Positions 21,528-33,300 of a DNA stretch of 51,019 nucleotides are shown here, one piece after another. The DNA is from Klebsormidium nitens (taxonomy: Eukaryota; Plantae; Klebsormidiophyceae). The position numbers were made by a program, and so were the translations under genes. The notes below the pieces were generated by a model. That model was not told where the DNA came from. It was given only the letters and a program-made list of their open reading frames with translations, and searched no databases. The stretch spans positions 1 through 51,019 of the forward strand of contig DF237565.1 of NCBI GenBank assembly GCA_000708835.1, in the 5' to 3' direction. Positions within the stretch are counted from its first letter, which is position 1. Every line of letters begins with the position of its first letter.

Positions 21528-24500
21528 ATGAGTGAAGAGATAGACAAGCATGTCCTAAGAAAGTACGAGATCCTTCAGAAGCTCGGAAAGGGCGCCTATG
21601 GCATTGTTTGGAAAGCTGTTGACAAGAAGAGCAAGCAGACGGTGGCGCTGAAGAAGATCTTTGATGCCTTCCAGAATGCAACGGATGCTCAGGTTAGTTG
21701 TGCTTGAGGCTTCCTTGAGAGCTTGCCCGAGCAACTCGGGGCTACTTGAGGAGCTCGACAAAATCAAGTTCTTGTAGAGCTGTAAGACCTGTGCAAGGGA
21801 TCTCTAGAGACGTGACTTTACAGTGGTTAATACCAGAGGCCTTTCCGACTGCGTTGCGCAGTTGTTGGTCTGTTTACTTTGATAGTCTTGTAGTGTGGTT
21901 AAGTCATGGGCATGGAAGAGGGCGTCCAGCTCTGCCTAATAGAGCTCTGAAACCCTTCCCAGAAAGTAGAGTCGTGCTGACCAAGCCCCTATTGAAACCA
22001 TTAGTTCTAGCTCCAAACGTTGCAGCTCTCAGCATTATTTTTGTCCTCGGAAAAGGTGTAAACTTTTTGAAAGGCGTGAAGTTCAGTTCAGAGATCGTGT
22101 CGACGTCCATTTTCTGATACGTGTCGCTGCATTGGCACTGCAGAGAACGTTTCGAGAGGTGATGTTCCTGCAGGAGCTGACCACTCACGAAAACATTGTC
22201 AAGTGAGCAACGTCACCATCTCCTCAAACAAGTCAGCATGGTTTGGCAGCTAAAACGGCTGCATTTTCGGTGGGCCATGAAAAATCCATCAACTTGGATG
22301 ACGACTCTCGACACGGGAATCCTTCAGTTGGAAAAGATTCACTAGTCCTCCAGCGCCTCTGCACACGTGCTTCAACTGTTTTGCAATCTATGCAAAGTAC
22401 TTTACTCTCCCTTAGAGGCGTCACTCAAACACGCTCAACTAGAATCTGAAGATCTGAACGAGCTCAACTCGACCTTCCAACACGAGTGCTAGCTGGTCGC
22501 TGGAGTAAAGAATGTGGCAACGAGGAGCTTAGTAGTGGTCCGTAATGGCTGGCACCACACAAATAATTTATGTCTTCCTAGCGTCCAGGACTTCCTTCTA
22601 CCTTTGGAAAACCCAATCTTTCAAACATTTCGCTGAAATGAGAGCTTTGCTGCAGGTTGTTGAACGTCCTCAAAGCGGAGAATGATCAGGATCTGTACCT
22701 GATCTTCGAATTCATGGGTAAGGAACGTAAAGGCCGTCATATCACTCCATTGCAGTGCAGACAAAGTTGCTGTTGACATTACGACCTTTGCTGGCGCATT
22801 TGGACAAATAGTCAATAATCTAAACTTGGTTAAAGACCAGCGAAGAGGCTGTCTGCAGGCAAGCGAAGTTCTGTCTTCTTGATTGACGAAACATTCGGCT
22901 TTCAGCATGAGATCGGCATAATTCAGACTTTCTCTCCTAAATGCTCAATGCAGAGACCGACTTGCACGCTGTGATCCGGGCAAATATCCTGGAGGAGATT
23001 CACAAGCAGTACACGATGTACCAGCTATTCAGGTGTCTCAAATACATGCACACAGCGGAGCTCCTTCATCGAGACATAAAAGTGAGTGAGGAAGAAAGTA
23101 TATCCCTTTAGCAAGCCTGCAAGTGGTTTCGAGCAGTCAAGCATTCGGTCGAAGTGTAAGGAGAAGCGTGGCCTTGATATGTGAGAAAGATATGATACAT
23201 TTTTACCCCTTCGGGGCAACAATCAAGTGACCGGAATCCCCTGACTTGATGACGAAAATGTTCATGGATGCAACTCTGAAAACGCATCTCCTTCGTGCAG
23301 CCTAGCAACCTCCTGTTGGATTCTGAGTGTCAAGTCAAGGTCGCCGACTTTGGTTTGGCCCGGTCGGTCGCGCAGCTCAAGGACGAGGCAGGGCCTAACC
23401 CTGTGTTGACGGACTACGTGGCGACCAGGTGGTACAGGGCCCCAGAGATTCTATTGGGATCGGCCAAGTGAGCAGTCTCAGCACTCGTTTGAACAGGCTT
23501 GCAATACGCATATCTTCCAAGCGATCAATTATATCTGACGCGTGATCCCTTGCCGACAGTCAGAGAGAAAGGACGTACTCCGAAAGTTGAGTGCACAGTC
23601 GAAAATGGATTTTCCGATCAAAGAGCTTATCTGACTTTGTTTGACGTCTCTTTTGAGCAAGTCGAGTTCTACGCAACCAGATTAGACGAGGAATGCACGA
23701 ACAGATAGCTGAGCTGAGATGCTGGGAAGGAGGAGCGGTTTGAAACGCGTCACAAACATCCAACTTCAAGTTCTTTGAGTTTTGAAGTCTGCGATCCAGA
23801 GGGACGTAAGCATCTCATATCTGCCTTTGCATTCGCACAGACTGCAGACCCCTCGAGATCAGCATTTCACGTTCCTGTCTGCAGGTATACATTTGGGGTG
23901 GATATATGGTCCAGCGGCTGCATTTTGGGGGAGCTTTTGGGGGGCAAGCCCATGTTTCCAGGTCGGTCTCTTTTCTCTGCTCAGACCTGTGGATTCTGTG
24001 CCCATTGTCTTCGCACGTCGATCTCCTTCCACTCCATTCCAATGTAACCGGAAGCAAAAAGCATTTGTCTTTGATTCCAAGCCCGGTCGATGAGAACCCT
24101 GGGATACTCCAGCACTCGATTGATGATTCGTTTTGGTAGCTATCTACACCATGATTAGAATAAAGTGCTTGTTCAGATCGTGCAGCCTCGATCAGTACGG
24201 ATTTGCCTTTCCGTTCTTCTCAAGATCCGCCCGACCGTGATTCTTGCTTCCGGCATTTCTGCAGGCAGCTCCACAATCAACCAGCTAGAAAGAATATTAG
24301 AAATCACCGGCCGGCCAAGCAAGGTACGGACCTCTGCGCAACCAGGATTTGCATGGCCGTAAAGCGAGTTCCGTGAGACTCGCGTTTATAAAGAGCAACT
24401 CCCATTTTACCCGTGGCGAATTACAATTTCAATGAAAACGATTGCCGCCTGTCCGATTCGATCTGCTGCTCCAAGGCGTCTTCCAGCATGCTTCTGCCCA

Positions 24501-25668
24501 TAAAGTCCTAAAAGTGGGGCTCCCTTTAAGTGATCGGAACCCATTTCTGCGCACCCTTGGTCTGGTCTGATAATATCGATTGGATTGATGTCCACAAAAA
24601 GCGACGTCCCTGTCTCATCCATGATTCACAGCTGCTACGTCATCTGTTCTGATACAACTGTGGTTCAACACTGCTCGAGATTCAAAGGTTTTGCTTTTAG
24701 AAGGGACCTACTATCAGTCAGATCCACCAATGTCTCCAATTGGCGCAGGACGACGTTGACGCCATTGGCTCGCCCTACGCATCTACCATGTTAGAAAGCC
24801 TCTCGCCGCCCGCGAAACGGTCGCTGCGCGACTTGTTCCCGAGCGTGTCGCCCGAAGCGGAGGACCTGCTTAGAAAACTGCTCCAGTTCAATCCGCACAA
24901 GCGCATCACGGCAGAGGTAAGGGACACGTCGGTTCTATTTAGTACGCTAGGCATTCGGCAAATGCCTGCGCTGCTGTTGCGGCAGTAAGGGTTAGCTATG
25001 GTGGTAGGATGAAGATACTGCGCGGCATCAACCATTACGAGATCCGCCTGTCAATTGGCTCATCCACTTCAGGTGCACGCGACCAAATGATTCAGCTTTT
25101 CGGCCTAGCCTCCTCTACACTTGCTTGACGGCGTCAATCTTTCCTCTGAGATACTCGTGTTGGTCGAGACACGTTACGTTGGGTGGCTGATAGCCAAGTG
25201 TTGTCCCTTTTACAGGAGGCCCTCCGGCATCCGTACGTTGCTCAATTCCACAATCCAACCGACGAACCCGCCTGCGATCACATCATTACCATCCCCCTCA
25301 ATGACAACCTCAAGTGAGCCCTGATGAAACATCAAGCATTGCACTAAGTAATGAATTCCTCGATCCTTTCTGAGAAAATTTCCGTCTGCTTCGTGCCACT
25401 TTTCACTTTGAGTCTCCGAGAGACACCCCAGTCCTATGAGTAGCAGCAAGATCATACAAATAAGAATCAAGCCGCGCGGTGGGAGTGGTTCATTCTGCGA
25501 GACGGGGTGTTGACCCCTTTCACGGCTTGCTGCAGAATCTCTCTGCAAGAGTACCGGGAAAAGCTCTACGGGGAGATCGTAAAGCGGAAAAAGGAGATTC
25601 GGAGGAAGGAAAAGGAGCGAGCATCCAGTCACTCAAGAACCCATGCCAGAAGATCAAGCACGAAGTAG
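21528..25668 (+). CDS. MAPK15: Mitogen-activated protein kinase 15 / ERK7-like atypical MAPK, ~371 aa
   Basis: 10 exons: 21528-21692, 22144-22202, 22656-22717, 22954-23081, 23301-23467, 23885-23961, 24265-24323, 24749-24916, 25216-25313, 25536-25668 (1116 nt). Peptides include [81 protein letters not shown] and EIVKRKKE. The N-terminus and [15 protein letters not shown] are characteristic of the ERK7/MAPK15 clade. Confidence 0.93.
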
Positions 25669-27311
25669 GAAAGGAGTACTCGTCTCAACATTGCGTCCAT
25701 CAGCCCGTACAGCTAGATAATTTCGTGTCGCTGGAAGACTACCACCTCAGCAGACTTCCTTAACATACAGAAAGCGAACATTTGCGAGGGCCGAGGGTCT
25801 TGGTACCTCGCTTAATGCAAAAGCCTTGTTGCAGATTGTGTGCTTGGAACTCATACGCCTAGAATAGATCTAGACTAGAAACATTCTTGGTTGCATGCGG
25901 ACTCGGGCAGTCCTTTTGCAGCCTTAATAAGAAAAAGCCTACGTTGGCTTGCCCTTAGGTATAAGTCTGTGAGAGTCCTGTACTTGTGAACAACCGTTTT
26001 CGAAGACCAGGATGATAAAACGGGTTAGCTAGAACCTGGAGCGCAAAAAGTGCGTGCAGCACTTTGTTAAGTATTGAACCTTTGGATGTCTGGTTTGACA
26101 ACGCACCTCTCCTTCGTTGACGAATTTCGTGACCGCCTGCACCGTCTGCTCTTTTCTGGTCTTGACAGGCGGGCCGGCCGCGGCGGCAGCATCTCTAAAA
26201 TCACTATTTTCAAATTAAACGCCGACTCCGGCCACTCAATATAACGCGGGTGTATGGTCACTTGCCAGCATGTTTGATATTTGTCGAATTATAAACTGTC
26301 CCCATGACACCATGCATAGTTGGCAGTCTGGTTACTGGCAGGTTTCATGTGTCCTACAAAAACCACTCAAAGACGCGGATGCTATAGCCATACATCGAGA
26401 ATTACGTACGTGCATTTTTAAATCGACGAGTCCGAGCCTGTCGACTAGTAGCAGAATTCTTTCTTCGTCTGTTTAGAGGTGAAGCTAGCTGTATGTATCT
26501 ACAATAACTTTAACACTAGCAACAAAAACATCAACAATGATTGTCGGCCAAGCCAACTCAGAGTCGCATGTGAGTACCATGGCACCTCAGATGTCACTCC
26601 TCAAATTGCTATGCCTCGCTCCCAATCGTGAACAGATCGACGCGACTCACAAAGTCAGAATCAGCGCCAAAGGCCTGGCACCTAATGTGCTCTAAACGTA
26701 CCGCGCGTGTTGTCGGATCGATGATGAACGGCTCTGGCCTGGCTGAGCTGCAAACTAACTAAGATGCGCAGGCTGACAGCAATACCGCAGTAGATGAGAC
26801 GCCTCGTCTCCAACCTCGCTCTCATCTCATGTTTGAAAACATTTGATGCGGGTCAATTTGGACGTTTTGGCCGTGACATGAGGGTGAAATCCAAAAATAG
26901 GTACTTTGCTCTCTTCCTTCAATTTAGCTAGGTAAAGTCTGAAGAAACTACGCGGCAATTGCATGATCTTCGCCAGTCGTTACCCAAAAAATGTACAGCA
27001 ATGGCGAAAATATCGTCCTTCACTTTCTATGCGTGTACTACCCTACTTGAATTGCGTGCAATCGACTTGTATGTTTCCCCTTGATATCAAGAACAGGCTT
27101 ACTTCCACAATATTGTTCCCAAAACCCTTCTATGTTGGCTTGCTTGTACATGCGACTTCTAAGCGTGCTCCTATATTTATTTGCACCGATCCCATTTCCT
27201 CTCTTTCATAATAACCTGCACTTTTTACCAAAACGACCCGGTCCTCTCCCAGTCTGATTGGTGTTAATTCGAATCTTTGAGAAATGGCCCCACGTTAGCC
27301 AGGCCTTGCGT

Positions 27312-30300
27312 CTACCGCTTTTGGAAATTGAATCTCTTAATGGCAAAGATGACGATTCCCCAGAACGCGATCACAAACGCGCACATAATGAAAACTACCC
27401 ACCCGAGGAAACTATACCGGTAGCCGAAATATCGATGGATGAAGTCAGCCACGCTAACAATCTGACCGTTCTGATCGGTGATGAACTCAGTGTCGATGTC
27501 GCCCAGCTGAGAGCCGACCAAACCGTAAAGACTCCAGGCGACTGCAGCAAAGAATCGGCCCTTCAGCGTACGTACCAGGGCGAGGGGAGGCGCAAACGCT
27601 AACATACGCTAATAAAGCAACAGATTTTGACAAGGTTCGCAAAGCCTTCCGATCGCACAACAAACGCACGAGACACGAAGGTATTGCGCGAGACTACATA
27701 CACTTAGAAACCTCTGAGTAGACTCGATAATCTTACCAGGGTCAAGATACCACGCCCACACCCACCACCCGGGGACTGCAAGGCCGAAAGAGCGACACGT
27801 TAGCATAAGGGCAGAATAGGTCGAAGCAAACCGGAGCCCGGAAAATTCTACCAAGTTCTAGTTTCCAAGACGGTTAGATGTCATCAGGAGCTATCCACAA
27901 AGGCACGCGTTGCTTTGTTGGACCTAGAACGGGGTCTTCCTGCCGTGGCAAGAAGAAGCCGACAAAGAGGTTACTTCTGTAGTATACACCGGGTTTCAGA
28001 CCCAAAAACGTTGACAGTGCAGAGACGCGTCTCGAGTGCTGCGCAGCCTGGCAGATGTAGCTCGCAAAAGTAGCAGAAATACTACTGCGTTAAAATCAAA
28101 ACCTGAAACATGGAAAGATAGATGGCGCGTGCCGCTCACTGCGCGGCTGCGGCAGAGGAAGCCGAACGAAGTAAAAATTCGAAGACCTGAGTTTCGCACG
28201 AGATCGATACGCCAAAACGCCGAAAAAGCTATAGAAGCGCGTGCGCCATACTGCGCGGCCGCAAACAAGAGCAGCCCAGCAAATCAATGAGCCTGAATCT
28301 CTGATAAAAGATGAGGTCAAACCCCGTCTCCTGAAAGCGCTCCAGAGGCGTGTGGCTTACTGCGCGGCAGCGGCAAGGGCAGCCGAGCAAAGCGATACTG
28401 AAGGTCTAGCAATGTGTAGGTATCAACCCACCATTCTGAAAACGTTATAGAGGCATGTGGGCTTACTGCGCGGCTGCGGCAGGAGGAAACTCACAAGGAC
28501 ATAGAAACCCGAAAACCGAAACCTAGAAAAAGACCAGTTCGCTAGAAAGGCGCGTTTGGCTTACTGCGCGGCCGCGGCAGGAGGAAGCCGGCGAAGAGGT
28601 TGAAGATGGAGTAGAAGGCGGAGGAGATGACGGCGGCAAGCTGGACGTTGGGCGTGATGGCGACGGCCATCATGCCGTAGAAGGTGAAGATCATGAGCGT
28701 CAGGAACATGAAGAGCGTGTACCAAAAGAACTTGGCTGCAGGAAAAGAAGCGGAAGAGGCTTAGTGTTTGATCTAGGAAAAGTGACTTGAGAGGGGCAGA
28801 GGTTCAAGGCGTGTTCCGGAAAACTTGGCGTGAGGAAATAGATAATCGTACGAGGAATCGACGATAGAAAGAAGACGTCAGCGGAAACAGGGTGAGCGCA
28901 GAAGCATTCAGCTGACAGGGAAGATGCAAGAGGAAGCATTTCGGGCATCAGTACCTAAGGAACGTGCGGAAGGAGGACATTATCAACAATAGAGTGGAAG
29001 ACTGTCAGGATACACATAAAATAGAGAGACTGCAAACGAAGAGGAGAACGCTGCGATGGGGCGACGGCTATGACAGAGGAAAGGTCTTGGGTTTGTCATG
29101 AATTCAGCAGAAAGCCTGGAAACGTAAAACGCATATCCTCGAGTTGCATGGACCGACGAACGAGCACGCCAAAACGTTTTGGACCACCTGAACCGCACTC
29201 CCCAACTGAACTTACCCGCCGTCCATTGGAAGTGGATCATAGCGTATGTGATGGCGCTGTAGACAATGGTCTGGGCCATGACGTAGGGGAACTCGATGAG
29301 GCCCTGCGCCAAAAACATACCGCGTTAGAGTCCATAACCCACTCATGTCTAGACGAAGGCAATTAAAAGACGCGAGATAGCAGACTGCATGCTCACCGCA
29401 GTCCGCTAAGCAGAAGCAATCTGACTTGAAATGCACATTTCTCACACCCCGATCTCGAGGTTGCAGTCAGAACATCCCATATATGAGCTGTAACGATCAG
29501 CACACCGTTGCATCCGCTAGCTTTGACCGTGCTGCCGTGACTTGTCCCAAAAAAGTGCATTACGCACTACACAGGCGAAGGAAAACCAACCAAAAGGGGT
29601 CAACGACACTCAATAAACAGGTACAATTGCAGTACCTGGGCAATGGCGTACGGAATGGCGGAGTACATGCCGGCGGCCCTTTCGCGGTACGACACGCCGC
29701 GCTCGACGGCGACCACGGGCTGCACGGTGGACGCGTTGTTGACGCCCAAAAACAGGACGACCGCGTACAGCCCACCGGCCACGTTCAGTACCTGGCCCAG
29801 GTTGCCCCTGCAAATCGTAACTGGAAAGTGTCAGGGCCGCGAGTTTTCGAACAGGGGGTTTGGCTTAAAAAACTCTGGAAAGAGTAAGCGTGTGCATTGT
29901 AAATTGCAGACCTGAAAATGACGAGGGTTTGATTAAGATGGCAGGTCTACAGACTCCAGTAACGGGTTTCACGTCGACTGAGACGTCTGAGGCACACTTG
30001 AGAAGCACGGCAACGTCCCCTCTCCAAACTTATTGGAGAAGCGAAGCCGAAGGAAGGCCGAAAAAAGACGAGGCCATCTTGAAGATAGGTGAAATGAACA
30101 TCAGATGCTCCATAAGACGTCGACAACTTGATGATGAACAACAAAGCAGGATCCAAACAGAACAAGACCCCGCCACCGCGCACCTTTTGGTGCCCAGATT
30201 CCAGTAGATGCTTCCGAAGATGACTCCGACGACAGTGCAGAAGAGGAAGCGCACGAAGTTGTACTCGGGCGTCCGCCAGTAAGTGATGTTGTTCTTCCAC

Positions 30301-33300
30301 AGCAGCGCCGCCGTCTGAACGAAGGGATTCTGCGGGTACTTCTTGTCGAACCGCAGGGGCTCCACGCCGGGCGCGGGTTTGGACTCCTCCTCTATCGTCC
30401 GCTCTAGGTGCCTGGGGAGAGAGAGAAAGTAGAATTGAGTACTTTCGTGATCGTTCTTTGATAAGCTGCTGTTGAACCACGATATTCTGCGGCTACTTCT
30501 GGTCAAATTGCAGCGGCTCCACGCCGGGCGCGGGCTCGGACTCTCCCCCAATCGTCCGCTCTAGTTGCCTGGACAGAGAGTCGAAGGAAAAGTGAATACT
30601 ATTCCTTGTTGTTACGTGCAAATCTGCTGTTTATACTTAAGGGTTCCGCCGGCTTTGATCCTTATACTGCAAGAGGTTTACAAAGGGTGCGGGACTCCTC
30701 CCAATCGTCCACCCCAGTCGCCTTAAGAAAGAGCCAAGATTCATATGAGCACTTCCGAATGTTACGTAGATCCGCCGATTGCCTAGAGGACTCTGTTGTA
30801 ATTTTGGCAATGCAAGAGCTTGCTTGTGCACAAAATCAGAACGCCCAGGCGTCGTTTTCTTCTTACAGCAAGCTTATAGTAGCGCTGGTGCAAACGTAGG
30901 CCGCAGAGTTGTGCAACGTGGTGTGACCCGAGATGTCTAGGCCGCAGAAGAGCCCAACTGGTCGCAGAAACAGTCCTCACTTGTACAGGTCGCTCTGCTT
31001 GAAGATGTCGGCAAAGTCCACGTGGAGCTTCTCCTCCATGCCAGGTGTCGTGCTGTCGAGCATCCACGCGGCCGGGTTGTACCGGGGGGGAATATCGGGG
31101 ACGCCGGGCACGTGCTGCAACAAGGAGAGGAGGATCCTGGTTTAAGAAGATTTTTGGAAAAAAAAATGGCAACAATTCTCCCCTGCGTTCTCACGGCCCG
31201 GTATCAGCTCAAGCCCCTCATCAACCCCAATTTGAAATTGTCAGCTTTTTCAATAAATTAGAGAGAATCTGTTTCCGTTTCTTCATACTCTCATGTTTGA
31301 GAGGATTAGGCGGTGCATACGGGGCACCCCACGTGATAGCCAACGTGAGCAGGCGGAGTAATCTGCGGTTATTGATGTAGTCCTTACTTCCGTCATGACC
31401 ACTGCGCTGAATGAAATGTTTGTCGAAAGATGCTCCCAGACAATTTCGTTCTTCACTTCTAGTGATGCTCCCAGACAACTCCATTCTCCACTTCTAGTCA
31501 TATCAGGTCATTCAAACCTTCACGATAACACTTTCCCTTACGCAAAGAACGCGCTGACAACATTCAAGAACACAGTCGAAGACGCACCTTGAAGTACTTG
31601 ACGAGCTCGCTCGAGTCCTTCCCGAGCGGCCCCGCGTAGATGGTGCGCCCGCCGCGCTTGAGCAGCAGCAGCTCGTCGAACGACTCGAAAATGTCGATGC
31701 TGGGCTGATGAATGGTGCACACCACCGTACGTCCCGTGTTCACCGTGTTGCGGACCGTCCGCATCACGATCGCGGCCGCGCGCGCGTCCAGACCTGCCGG
31801 GGGAGAGTGGAGAGCGCGTCAGCTGCTGGCGTCAGAATGACGCATGATTGCAATCGGGACTCATGTTCGACCGCCTCAACGGATGTTGCGGCTTACCGTA
31901 AAAGTAAGGCGAAGCCGCAGGATTCGATGATCAAAGGGCTTGCATTGCCTCAATGCATCGTGAACACTTGCCCTAGAGACCACTTCTTTCTCCAACCAAA
32001 AGGCCAAGTAACAGATATGAACGTTGAGCCTGGCTCCTTCAGTGCTCTCACCCAAGGCTGGCTCGATTCACCAGGTGGCAATACATGAGTTTCGTACCCA
32101 CTTCCTTACGGTCTTTCTCAACATCTTTAGTTCCGATCGGTTGTGTTGCCTTCCTGCGCCTGCTTTTAGCTTGAAAGTAGAAAGTGAGGTTTTCCCGAAA
32201 CCTATCGGATAGGCACCTGACGAACTCAAGATGATGACGAATCGGCCACCAGCTTGACGGCGATGGTAAGCAATTTCAAGCTGTATTTCAAGCTTCCCTT
32301 AAGCACAAGAACTGGTGAATCAGCCTTGGAAATACCCAGTTCAACTCACCTGACGTGGGCTCGTCCATGAAGATGATGGACGGATTAGCCACCAGCTCGA
32401 CGGCGATGGTGAGCCTCTTCCGCTGCTCCACGGAGAGTCCGCTGCTGCCGGGCAGACCCACCAGCGCGTTTCGGATTCCGGTCAGCTCCACCAGCTCCAT
32501 CACCTCGTCCACGAACTCCTGCACCGGGATGGGAGCGGAACCGCTTGGGAGGAGTTTTCGGCGTGCGGCATAGGTAGGGAGCCGAGAGGACACAACAGCA
32601 AAACATCGAGCCCCTAGATGATGGGGCATAAGTGGAAGAAAGCGGAGCCGGAAGACAGCGGAATCGGCAAGAAGCGGAGCCGGAGGGCGGAACCAATAGA
32701 AAGGGAAAAGCGGAAGATAAAGAAGCCAAAACATAGCAGAATTTTGTGGCCTTGTATTCGAGCGTTCCGCTGCGAGAACGGCCGTGGGCGGATACCTAAT
32801 CGTGCAGACCCCCTTACCTCCGAAAAGTCGAGAAAACATGGATTTCGGCTTCCCATGTACAATCACTCAACCGACAAATTGGGACGGGCAGTGACCCATG
32901 ACTCTGGTCTGTTGGTCAAAATCTTCCCACAGGTTCAACCAGGCCGCAAATCCCAGGATGCGGGTCTCAACCTTTTCTAAAACCTTATTCGAGGTAGTCA
33001 AGAGCAAACCGCCCAAAAGAAGCGCCGGCTCATATTGCCTCACGTTTCTGGTTTCTTTGTCGATGTCTTCCGCGAGGCGCAGCCAGGCGGAGAAGCGCAG
33101 GGACTCGAGGACCGTCAGCTGGGGCGAGTGGATGTCGTTTTGCTCCACGTAGCCCGAGACGCGCGCGAACGTCTCTTGCACCTTGGGGTGACCGCCCACG
33201 CGGATCTCGCCCTCGATGTACCCGCCTGCAGAAGGGGGCACGTGCCGGGGTCAGGAAAACTTCTCAAACAATCGTAGACTGATAAGCTGTGGGCTTCTTG

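Noticed and set aside
28021-28600. Regularly spaced repeats that superficially resemble a CRISPR array
   Set aside because: Eukaryotic intron with degenerate repeats derived from the host exon end. Spacers are ~70-80 bp and related to each other, and there are no cas genes.
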